This document shows positions 1 through 38,100 of a DNA stretch of 64,000 bases, piece by piece. The stretch spans positions 15,004,001 to 15,068,000 of the forward strand of contig CM069164.1 in assembly GCA_035221665.1 (NCBI GenBank), written 5' to 3'. The translations under genes and the position numbers were made by a program. The notes under the pieces are model-generated. The model ran no database searches, was not told the origin of the DNA, and was given only the letters and a program-made list of their open reading frames with translations. Position 1 is the first letter of the stretch, and each line of letters begins with the position of its first letter. The stretch comes from Okamejei kenojei. Lineage: Eukaryota.

Positions 1-25367
<25,367 letters not shown>

Positions 25368-28330
25368 CATCGCCCAGCTTGAGAAATCAGCCCTGGGGCA
25401 GTGAGAAGACAAGATGACGCCAAGCTCCCCTTATCCCCTCTCTGGCACCATCCAGCTTTATTGGATGAATTCAACTACTGCTGGGAAACTTGCTGACTCA
25501 ACAAGCTTTCAAGAGGAATTTAAAACCAAGAGTGAATTCCACATTCAACCATGCCCTGCCCCCAGCCCCTTAACCCTCTCTGATGCTCTTGGACTGTTGC
25601 GCTATCTAAGGTCTATTAGAGTAAGTGTTTAACCATTAGTACCCACAGGAACTGAGTAATACAGCGTGGAGTTTTGTTATTGTGATGTTAAAGAGGTATC
25701 CTGTCTCCAGACATTAATAAAAGTACCAAGACTTCCCTGTGATATTAACATTACAGCAGGTGGATGTCTCATGTCTAAGTATATTCAGTAGTGACAAAAT
25801 GTTCTCTCAAAACTGTAAGACTCTCAATGTTTGTTAATTATACCTTGTAATATTTTAACAATTTGACAAAATAATTAGTTTGGTTATGATGTACAGCTTT
25901 ACGGGACATCCCAAAAACTAGGATTTTTTTCATGATGACTAAAGGACAATATATGCAAAAACCCAGGCTGAATGATGGAAGGATTGTCCAAAGGCACAAG
26001 ACTGTTTGGCCAGTTGTTAAGGTTGAAATAAAGGGAAGATGGGGAGTAAATCACTGAGTGATGTGTGCACTATCAGCAAGGTGTTATTTAGATGACGTGC
26101 TGGAAGCAGTGTTCTGATAACTCAGGCAGTACATTGGGTCGGTTAAGTTTGCGGATTTAACAAGCCTGTTTCATTTAATGCATTGACTTGGGCAGCTCTG
26201 TCACTGTTCACTTGGAAGAGAGCACATCACTCTGTTCCTCACTCTCTTCATTCGCTAACAAGCCTAAAACTCTAAGCACAAATGGTCTGATACTAAAAAC
26301 AAAGGAATGTCTGCCTGGATCAGAGGCATGTGTTAAGAGAGGACTCTATAGCTGGTCTTCTAGACTGGCCATATCAGCAGGCCCTGGGGGGGTTGGCAGC
26401 TGCTGTCAACCCTGTGACTGAAGTGATGAAAGCACTTGTCCCAGAGGAAGGTGGCAATGCTCCTGTGTAAAAGTGTGCCCAACAGGCCACCTGTCCATTC
26501 AATCCCCACTAAACCAAAGTCAAGAATATTTTATTGTTATATGCATCAGCACTGACATTCTCACTTGCTGCCGCTTAACTGGCCCAGTAACGCAATAAGA
26601 TACATTTATACTAATCAATAATAATAAATTAATAACTATATTAGGCAATCATAATAGTGCATAAAATCATTCTGCTTTGGCTCTCATTTAATGTCAGATT
26701 TATACAGATGAGACCAGAACAAGCTGGAGGGATGAATGGTCCGAGGTGGTGAGGATACCCAAGGGGTTCACTTAGTGATGATATTGTCAACAGTAATGGC
26801 CCAAACTGGAGTCACTGACAAATGCAGTAGGGAATGGAGTATTTTAGTTATGAAGAGGCAATGAGCTTATTTTCCTGTATGGAGGCAGTTGAGTGGGGAT
26901 TGATAGAGGTTTATTGCCATGTTTGTTTTATTGCTGTAGGTACCAGAACAGAATGACATTCTCACTTGAAGCAACACAACAGGTTTGTAAACAGTGCTCA
27001 CTAGATAATGTAATAAACAAAAAAAATAAAAACAAAAACCCAATATGGTGCAAAACCAAAATAAAGCCCCAAGTCTCTAGTGCAACCCAGGCAGTTTGTA
27101 CTTTAGTTGGAATTTGTAATATTCAATGACCCGCTGGTTGTTGGGAAGCTATTCATGTACCTGGATGCTAGTTTTCAGGCTTATATTCCTCCTACCCAAT
27201 GGCAGGAGTGAAATTAGTGTGGCCAGGGTGGTGTGAACCCTAGATGATGCTGGCTGCCTTTTATGAGACATTGCCTCTTATAGATCCTGTCAATTATTGA
27301 ATTATAAGGGATATATTTGCTCACAGCAAAGGGGTCTAAAACCAGAGGTAGTGTTACAGTGCATGTGATACAAGGTCATAATCATACAGCACAGAAACCA
27401 GCCCTTTGGCCCAACTCGTCTATGAAATCCAACATGCTCAATCTAAACATCCCATTTGTCTGTGTTTTGCCCATATCCCTCTAAATCTTCCCCATCCATG
27501 TACCAGTCCAAGTACCTTTTAAGTGCTACAGAGATCAAGGAAGTAATTTTTTCCAACAGTTTTAACCTCTCTGCATTGCACTGGCAAATCTTCCCACAAG
27601 GACATTGTTCCTGGTTCTGGAGAGATGCAATCTACGTGGCCTAAGTTGGTCCCACCTCCTCCACTGCTCCCAGAATCTAATGGCCCATTCCTCACCCTAT
27701 CCTCGTTTCTATATTCAATGGTGTATGGTGCAGGGAGCAATTAGAAAATTGCTATAGTTGAGATCCCACATCTCTTTCCTAAATCCTTAAACCTGCCTAT
27801 AGGACCTCTTCTTCTACTGTTGGTCATCCTGGTTCACTTCCTCACCTTCCAGAAATAGCTGAAACTGTTTCATGATATCCTTAACTGTGGAATCAGATCT
27901 GCAACCAAGGACAGCTTGTGAGCAGCTGTAGCTTTTTTGGCCTTTATGTCCTTCCTGTATACCCAACGCACGCATGATTCCATCTCTTGGCTCTGGCTAC
28001 ACTCCAGGTAAATGTCTTTCCCCGTCCGCAGCAAGCTATAGGCTGATATACAACAAAGTCGTATACTGACCCAGACTGGAGAAATGCAGTGAGGTTTGTT
28101 CCTTGAAGGACAGTGGCGTTCCATTTGAAGGAGAAAACTGATTCTTAAAATATCAGTTTCGTAATCCCTTTTACAGATATATACTTTTTATTCCCATATT
28201 ATTTTTTTTAATCTGAATTTTTAAACTTTTAATCCTTTTCTCAGGAATCACTGCACCTCATCTCAAAGAGAAATTACCATGCGCAACAGCAGGCAGTCAG
28301 GCACAAGATTTGAAATTTTAAAAAGTGCAA

Positions 28331-28336
28331 TTTATT
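28331..28336 (-). terminator. Candidate WDR76 polyadenylation signal (AATAAA)
   Basis: tttatt on + about 560 nt past the stop codon. Confidence 0.4.
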
Positions 28337-28897
28337 TCAACGTCATTTTAAAACTCCTGAAACATCAGAAATGTCACAGCAGGACAGACACTACTTAAAA
28401 CATATCACAACAAGAATACTTTGCTGCGCAACACGCATACATTCTAGTTTGCACAATGTCTACCATGAAAAGCAACATTTTAACCTTCAATAAAATATTC
28501 TAATTGACTTTCTACAGAGGGCTGTCCGAAGAAATAACCCCATTCCAGAATAATGGTGTCAAATCTGCTTGTACCCTGTTAATCACTTACATTTTATGTA
28601 CACATATAAAATTTGGCACCACAAATACTCAGCTAACCTAATACAAATGGCTGGTTATGAAATGGTGAATATGGTATAAAGTGGCAGTGTTTTAACGTGT
28701 GGGGAGGAAGCGGCAAGGAGAGCGGGGAATGGTTGAAGGACTTTGCTGGAATTTTTATGGATATATTTGAGTTATTTTTTCCCCCACACTCAATACCAAA
28801 CTCCCACATAAATATCATCACAGCATTTGACATGTCAAGCTTCCTGCTGTCTCTACAATGATAGAAGTGGCCCTCTATTTTGCATGGATGCCACCAT

Positions 28898-29168
28898 CTA
28901 TCCACTTAATCCATTGTCCATGAACACATGAAGTCGGCCACTCGAGTTTCCACCAACCAAGACATTTTTGGTTGGGTGCATCACGTTAATGGAGCACACC
29001 GACCCCAGCCATTCAGCATGCTTGAATTCATGCACCTTGATTCCTGTACTGTGGAACACATCAATCTGCCTGGGCCTGACCATACTCCCCACAACAAAGC
29101 AATCTTCCTTTTTAGGATCCCACACAGCTTGGAATTTGGAAAGCCAACGTCCAGTGTTGTTGTTATGA
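28898..29168 (-). CDS. WDR76: WDR76 terminal coding exon
   Basis: aacag|HNNNTGRWLSKFQAVWDPKKEDCFVVGSM...CSINVMHPTKNVLVGGNSSGRLHVFMDNGLSG*. Confidence 0.92.
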
Positions 29169-32100
29169 CTGTTTGAAACAAAAATAAAGAGGTTATTGAT
29201 CTAGTTTTAAACATGTACACAACAGAAACTGGCCTGGTGTTAATACTATTATCCTCTGATCATTTCACTCCCATCTCCTTTGATTATATAGCTTATTCTG
29301 CTTACTGTGTTCTAGCTAATTTACACATGGTGAAAAAGCACCGACATTGAACAGGATCCAAAAGAACCATATCCCTCCACCATCAGGTCTGGATGTCTGC
29401 TCCAATTTCCACAGGTGGGACCCTGTGGGTATGCTTTTCTGTTCTTTTTGTACGCTGGGCAGACAGAGCTCTAGTTCCCACCCCATCAATCTGCACTTGG
29501 AAGGAGGTATCACAAGCCACCAAGGGGTTGCAGCCCCCTTATAATCCAGTCCCTTTATTCAGTTATCTACTGATCATCCACCTTGACCACACCAGATTCC
29601 CAGGAGAATTGTTCCTCGTTTTGTTTCTGCTGAAATTCTGTCTTTCACCCTGCTCCTCCACAATTAGTCACATTCCTTTCCTACGACAACTCCAGACATG
29701 ACAACTATTGCGCAGCCATGTTTAAGTTAAGACTGTAAAATCCATGGGGCAGAGGTGGTTAAGAGGCAATGGTGAGGCAATTTAAATTACATGGAGTATA
29801 GATAGGATAGACCAAATAAACATTTCCCTATATCAGATTTGTATAATAGCAGGCAGGTTTAGGGCAAGGTGGGGCAGGGAGGAGAGAAGAGGTTTAAAAG
29901 TAGCAGAGGGTGGGGGTGTGGGTTCATCTTCACCTAGAGAGAGACGTACCTGGAATACACTGGTGGAGAGAGTTGTTGAAGCTGGGTCTTAAACAGTATT
30001 TAATTGTGCAGATGAACATGTCAATTGCTTAGACATTGAGAGCTATGCACAAAGTGCGAGGTAATGCAATCAATATGGTGGGGCGCTCACCGGTTAGTGT
30101 GGACAAGTTAGCCCCAATGGCCTGTTTCCATGCTGTCTGATTCTATGAGAAGGGTAACGTGGGAGATGTGGAACCTTGACAGCCGAACACGGCTGCAACT
30201 TGTGCAGCATTCACATTACGCAGGGTGCAGAATTCCAGGACCGCGGAGAGTTCAGAAGGACTGGAGAGATCACAGACATGGACTGCTTAAGCCGTAGAAC
30301 TGAACCACAGGATTAATTTTACTTACGTTATTGATGCCACACAAGGAATCTCAGGAATGATGGCACTTGTATCAAATACTCTGCAACAAATCATTTAATT
30401 AATTTATCAAGATTTGACCCACTGTCCTGTTAAGTATCTTAACTTATAATATTCATTCTACACGCAAATCATTCAACTTCCCGATTTAAAAGAACAGATC
30501 GCCACACGCCATCACAACATCTGGGGATCAGTGGGCAGAAACCGTCCTTGAGCAGGAAAACTGCTCGGTCACCTGTCTCGGGGACTTCATGGTGCAGGCC
30601 ACCGACCCAGAATGGCTGTGAAGGCCAGCGAGACCCTGCTCTCAGGCTTCACGGATCGTAAAACTGCCAATTAAATCGGAATGACAGAAGGTCAAAGGCG
30701 ACAAAGCCAGTCAAAGTAATCCCAAACTTAAAGAAATCAAAATAAGAAAAAATTAAAATTGGCGCTTCAGTGTGAGGTTGGGAGTTAATGATAATATACT
30801 GGTGGTTCTGGATGACACTTTCAGAAACCAGAGCAAAGTAACAGAATGAGGGAAATTTCAAAGCTAGAACTGATCCACTGGGACAGGATGATAACTTATG
30901 AAATTTCTCAAATGAGAAGATACAAACTTTAGCAGATGTAACATTTTAAATGGTCTCCTAGATGCACATTTTAACTTCAGTAGCACTCATATACGATGTG
31001 AAGCTTTTTACCTGATCATGTCATCCATGCTGGTGGTCACCACACTGTTACCAGTAACCGGTGAGAAGTAAGCCGAGTTTACACGCCTGGAGTGGGGGTT
31101 CATGTGCGCCACAGCTTTCGCTGATGATCTTTTTAGATTTCGGACATCATAAATAGTTGCACACCTGGCAAAACCAAAACCAGCTAGGTAAATGTTCTTA
31201 CGTTTGGCATATGGGGCCACAAATTCAAAATTGTGGCATTATGAATGTCGGAACAGGACAGAGGTATTCATTTAAAAAGCACAGCTCACTGGGAACTCAA
31301 CTCTACTAAAGATTATTTTCTCTACATTGATAAGACTCTTACCAAACATAAACATAGTATTCTCTAATTTTGAAATTTTCAAATCACACAAAGACCTATT
31401 ACAACTTATCCGAGAGGGAACGTGGTTGGGGTCAGGGTAAAAGAGATCAGATTTCCAGGATCCCTTGTGTGAAAATGTGTCTCTTGACTTCTCAAGACGA
31501 GGAGTCTTGCCTCTTAAAAGTCAGATCCAAGATCTTGAGTAATATTCAGGTCATTCATGCCATATTCCTGGGTCTGTAATTTTGAGGCATAACCAAATTA
31601 TACCGTTAAAATATTTTTGAACTGTGACTGGAATTTCTATTCTGTTACTACCTTCAGATTAAATCCCACTTGGTGGATCGGTAACAAACATGGATATTTT
31701 CCTCACAAATCAAAGCAAAATTGAACGATTTCCAGCACATCAGGTGTTTTGGGGGAATTATACAAAAGTTCCTTTTAAAACAAATTACAATTGAATCAGT
31801 TAAACAATTTACTTTGCAGGATTTTGCTGGTAATATAGCATGCAGAAAAAGCATCCACACCAGTAACCTCTTCTACCAATGGAACTCACTGTGCTGCAGC
31901 AGTTGCAAAGTAATGCCGATCCAATGGGTGAACACTGACCATCCGTAAATAGTTCAGGCCCAGGTGTGCTTTCTGTTCTCCTAAATTGCTGCAGAAAAAA
32001 AAAAAAAGTATTGTCAGTTTGAGAGTAATCAGTACCTACAAAAGCTCAAATTGTTCACCTGGAATTAAGCATAAACTTCCTACACTTCCCATCTGCTGTG

Positions 32101-35100
32101 TGTCAAATCTGCCTGGTGCTAAGTATTCCCTACCATTGTTCATTCGAGACTCAGCACAATTCTCTCATGGTTACCTATCTACTCAGTAGAATTCAGAGTT
32201 CTGTGAAACTGCTGACCACCACACCCTCTCCTCCTTTTTGATGCTCCTTTCTCTTTGACAATGAAAATGGAGACTGTATAGGGCCCAGTATCAAATTTTA
32301 TCCGACGATGCTCCAATGCAACATGTTTGGCAGGTAATATATTGCAATGAGCTATACAATTTCAAGCTGTTTTTGTAGACTAATCCAGAAATTTAATGTC
32401 CAAAGCACCAAAATCCCAGCACACCATTTAACACCAGTGATTTATTCAGAGCATGCATCATTCCCCATGAGACATGAAAACAGAATTTGCAACCAAGGTC
32501 AACATAAATGAAAGAATACTGACGTGACTGGTTTTCACATTGGCCTACATTGTAAACTGTGCTCACATAGCTGTAGTAGCCTTTATTGCTGGACCTTGTG
32601 CAGCACATTGTGCAGCATTAAACAAAGTACAGCACTTGGACTGGAGCAGTTCAAAAGAAAGCACTGGCATCTAACGGGAGTTAGATGTGGCCCTTGTGGC
32701 TAAGGGGATCAGAAGGTATGGAGAGAAGGCAGGTACGGCATAATGAGTTGGATGATCAGCCATGATCATATTGAATGGCGGTGCAGGCTCGAAGGGCCGA
32801 ATGGCCTACTCCTGCACCTAATTTCTATGTTTCTATCTGAACACTACTGGCAAAGCTTTTCCACAACCCAAGAGCAAATAGAAGAGTCACAGCTTTGAGG
32901 AGGAATGAGAAGTGAGCAAGAAGTGCTCCTGGGATGTCAGGACTATCATATGAGGAAAGACTGGGTAGACTCGGCTTGTACTCGCTAGAATTTAGAAGAT
33001 TGAGGGGGGGGGATCTTATAGAAACTTACAAAATGCTTAAGGGGTTGGACAGGCTAAATGCAGGAAGATTGTTCCCGATGTTGGGGAGGTCCAGAACAAG
33101 GGATCACAGTTTAAGGATAAGGGGGAATTCCTTTAGGACCGAGATGAGGAAAACATTTTTCACACAGAGAGTGGCGAGTCTCTGGAATTCTCTGCCACAG
33201 AAGGTAGTTTAGGCCAGTTCATTGGCTATATTTAAGAGGGAGTTAGATGTGGCCCTTGTGGCTAACGGGATCAGTGGGTATGGAGAGAAGGCAGGTACAG
33301 GATACTGAGTTGGATGATCAGCCATGATCATATTGAATGGCGGTGCAGGCTCGTAGGGCCGAATGGCCTACTCCTGCACCTATTTTCTATGTTTTTAAGT
33401 GGTAACCACCGTTTACCCAAAAGTCAATGAAAAGCGAGACTAAGCACATAACTGACACTCGCCTTCTGGTTCGTCTATCCACTATCGCCACATCTCCATC
33501 CCAGTGACTGACAAGCAAGGTGGACCCATCCTCAGATAAGAAGTCAAAAGAAGAGGTATCCCAATCTTTGGATACATACACCTACGAAAATATCAAAGGC
33601 AAAGTCACTTTGCGCAAAAATTAATTAGGCAGCAAATTTTCTCAACTTTTTTTTTGTTTTGTTTATTTTTTTAGAAGTTAATACAGCACAAAACAATACA
33701 GTGGCACCTAATTTTAGGTGCCAACTATGTCATAACGTAATACATTCTATGTATAACCTCTAGATTTATGTTTTTGAAAAGGAAATTTAAAAAATACAAG
33801 AAATAGAGAGAAGAAAGAGGAAAAATAGATAGTAGAAAATAGAAAAACGTGAAGTGTGTATATAATAAAAGAAAAAGTAGAAAGTAGAAATAGGAAAAAA
33901 AGACCCTTAAAAAAAGAAAATTTTCAAATCTTTGTTCGGAGATGTAATTCTACCCATGACCTGACCTGAAATCAGTAATCTTTATGGTACTGCTGCATCA
34001 CATGATTCCAAAAAGTCGATGAAAGGGGACCAACTCCTTAAGAATTGGTCATATTTATCAACTTGGATTTTATTTGGAAAAATTACCTTTTATAAAAGAA
34101 GAACATGGTGGGCATGGAAACAAACTCATCCATCTTTGGGCCTCATGGCACAAATTAATGCAGAATCCCAGGTCAAGAGGCTTAGCTTGGTTAATATTAT
34201 TGCTACATGTACCGAATAATTTTTCTCTTTGCACTACCGGTTGTGCTTTTGTATGGCTTGATTGTACTCACGACTGGATTGTGCACAAACAAAGCTTTTC
34301 ACTGCATCGCGATATATTTAAGAGAGAATATATTCATTTCATGGGGGCAATGCAAACAAAATGCCCTCTTGGAGTATGAATTATTGCATTTCCAAGCTTG
34401 AGTTTATTTACATTTAGCTTTTTTAAAAACTTATGAGATTAATTTAAATCGCGTGATTTAGAATTAGTCCATACAAGCTTTACTATACACCTGCCCGTCC
34501 TTTCCCAACTGTGGCAGCTCTCACCAGCCGATGGTTCCACAGGTATGAGAATGTGTTTCATTTGGAATGGCAGTGTTCAGCCCTGACCTCCTGATCTCTC
34601 AACCTACCTCATTGCAGTCTTTGCACATTTTTTTTTTAAATCGGCACTTTCTCGGTGGCTGTAATGCCATAACACTGCAACACTATCCTGTACTCCAGCT
34701 CGACATCTTTCCTATAATGGGGCGACCAAAACTGAAAACCAGTGGGCTAGCTCTCCCTGGACCCCATGTGATTTAACCTTCCGGAGTTAGTTAACTCCGG
34801 AAGGTTTTGGCAGAATATCGCCATCAATTACGGACAGGTCCTTAGTTGTCCTGTCTCTTGCCACTTTAATTATCCCTCTCACACCCTCTTTTCTCAGCCT
34901 CCCTCACTTCCTCAATAATTGTCAATGCAAGCCTGAAAAACAGACCCGATCTTCAAACCAGGCATATTACAATCTTCGGGGCTAAAAATGGCATTCAATA
35001 ATTTCAGAAATGGTCTCCCTCATCCTCACTTATATTTCCACTAGATAATTCCCGATTCTTGCCAAAAAATACCTTGCCTTGCATCATCATCCCTTTTCTT

Positions 35101-38100
35101 ATTTAACACTTTCAGCCTCCTCCTCTCCCCCCAAAACCAATCACTCATCCTTGTTATCCTCACTGAACTTCCACACTTCTAATTCCGTAGTTACTTGTCT
35201 AAAACCTCCTATTTCTGTGGTTTTCACAGTGATGGTCTGGAAGCATTCTATCTGTGTATTACTCTGCAGATGTACTGAATATTATTGCTTACATTTCAGA
35301 GCTCCTGCTCTTTTCTTTCTGAGCTAAAAGCAACCAAAGCCATAGGAACCTAAAGTGGGCAATTCTTAAGTCAAATAACCACAGCCTGTCTTTCTTTATA
35401 CAGGAGATTTGGACTTTATGAGTAAGCGCTCAAAGGACTTTGATGTATTTTACCTCATCGAAGACTGCAGCAGCAACATTTCCACAGCGAATGCTCCCGT
35501 CACTGCTCACTGATAGGATCTCAGCAGAGTTAGCAGGAGAAAAGTGTAAGCAGTTAATTGAACTACAGTGAGGTTTGAACTGACCAACAGCAACTACATC
35601 ATTGACCCGAGAACTCTGCAAAAACGAAAAGACAGCAAAAGCATCCAATCAGAACTGGATCATAAAGTCAAAAAGCCAAATATTCTGACAGCATTATCAC
35701 CGCTTTGATCATTTCACAACACATAGCTATTTAGTTTAGTGACACAGTACGGAAACAGCCCCTTCAGCCCACCAGGGCCGTGTTGACCAGCGATCCCACA
35801 CATGTATACTATCCTATACACACTAGGGACAATTTAAAATCATAACAAGCCAATTAACCTACAAATCTACAAACCTTGCTAGGATTTAGAAGATTGAGGA
35901 GATATATTATAGAAACTTACAAAATTCTTAAGGGGTTGGACAGGCTAGATGCAGGAAGATTGTTCCCGATGTTGGGGAAGACCAGAACAAGGGGTCACAG
36001 TTTAAGGATAAGGGGGAAGTCTTTTAGGACTGAGATGAGAAAACAAATTCACACAGAGGGTGGTGAATCAGTGGAATTCTCTGCCACAGAAAGTAGTTGA
36101 GGCTAGTTCATCGGCTATATTTAAGAGGGAGTTAGATGTGGCACTTGTGGCTAAAGGGATCAGGGGGTATGGAGAGAAGGCAGGTACGGGATACTCAGTT
36201 GGATGATCAGCCATGATCATATTGAATGTCGGTGCAGGCTCGAAGGGCCGAATGGCCTACTCCTGCACCTATTTTCTATGTTTCTAAATCTGTACGCTTG
36301 GGAATTTGGGAGGAAACTGGAGATCCCTGAGAAAATCCATGGAGGTCAGGGGGAGAACGTACCAACTATACAGACAGCGCATGTAGTCAGGATCGAACCA
36401 GGGTGTCTGGTGCTGCAAGGCAGCTGCTCTACTGCTGCGCCACAGCGCCACCTACTGCTGCAACATGGGAAATTCAGTTGCAACTCCTACACAGGAAGAT
36501 CCTCATCACAGCAATGTGTCACGTGTTTAAGTGACACTGATCAATGGATAAATATCAACTAGGACAGGAGAATTCTTGACTGCTTTTCATCAAAACAATG
36601 TCTTAGGGTTTTGGACGTAGGGAAATTATCCCCGTTATCCTGGATACATTTAAATTCTTCAACCCGAGTGTATGGTGATATGCCATTTGTCAGATGTCAT
36701 TCTGCCATTTGACATAATGTGGGTGAATTAGAGCTGCAGCAGCAGTTATCTGCCTTTCAAGTGCTTGTGAACTTCCAACCAAAGTAAAAATACCTTTACT
36801 TCTTTAACATGAACAGCAAAAACTAAGCACTCACTGACCAGATCCCAAATTCCAATATATCCGTAAGTGCTTCCGGCAGCCACCAGGAACCTCTGCTCAG
36901 ACGGATGAATAGCCAATGCGCACACTCGCTTTGGTGTTACTTTTGCAACAAAGCTTTCTTGGATCGTCATCCTTTTCAAACTGGACATGTAGCTGCTCAA
37001 ACAAATAATGAAGGAACAGTTTGTCGAAAAGCTACTAAAAATAGAAATAGCTATTATTTAAAATTGACCAACTATTAAAAGAACTTACGTCTTTAACTCT
37101 TTTGGTTGCTTTGTTTTAACCCGAGATTTGCCCTAAGTGTCAGAGTTGGAAGTGTTAAGTTAATGACAAAAAAAAAAAAATCTTTTTTAAAATACCGTAT
37201 CTTAACTCATCTACATTTACACTATAACGCAAACATAAAAAAGATCTGTTGGTGGCAGAGATTATGGGAGAAAGGGTGCGTAAAGGCACACATTTAAAAA
37301 CGGTGGCTATTCAACTCATGGCTGTATCACGGCTTTTGCCTTTATATTGCGCACACACACGTATCTTTACATTTCAGATTACTGCTTGACTGTACAAAGC
37401 TTTTACCAGAAAGAACGGGAATGCGGATTATTATCTGAGTGGTGTCAGAATAGGAAAAGGGGAGGTGCAACGAGACCTGGGTTTGCTTGTACATCAGTCA
37501 CTGAAAATAAGCATGCAGGTACAGCAGGCAGTGAAGGAAGCTAATGGCATGTTGGCCTTCATTGCGAGAGGATTTGAGTTTAGGAGCAAGGAGGTCCTGC
37601 TGCAGTTGTACAGGACCCAGGTGAGACCGCACCTGGAGTATTGTGTGAAATTTTGGTCTCCTAATTTGAGGAAGGACATTATTACTATTGAGGGAGTGCA
37701 GCGTAGGTTCACCAGTTTGATTCCCGGGGTGGCAGGACTGACATATGATGAAAGAATGGGTCGACTGGGCTTATATTCACTGGAATTTAGAAGTATGAGA
37801 GGAGATCTGATAGAAACATAAAATTCTTAAAGGATTGGACAGGCTAGATGCAGGAAAAATGTTCCACATATTGGGGGAGTCCAGGACCAGGGGTCAAAGT
37901 CTAAGAATACGGGGTAGATCATTTAGGACTGAGATGAGGAAAAACGTCTTCACTCAGAGTTGTGAATCTGTGGAATGCTCTGCCACGGAAGGCAGGGGAG
38001 TCCAATTCACTGGATGTTTTCAAGAGTGAGTTAGATTTAGTCCTTAAAGCTAAAGGAATCAAGGGATATGAGGAAAAAGCAGGAATGGGGTACCGATTTT

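Noticed and set aside
32675-33393. Direct repeats resembling LTRs
   Set aside because: They are two CR1 3' UTR ends, with no TG..CA termini, PBS or PPT.
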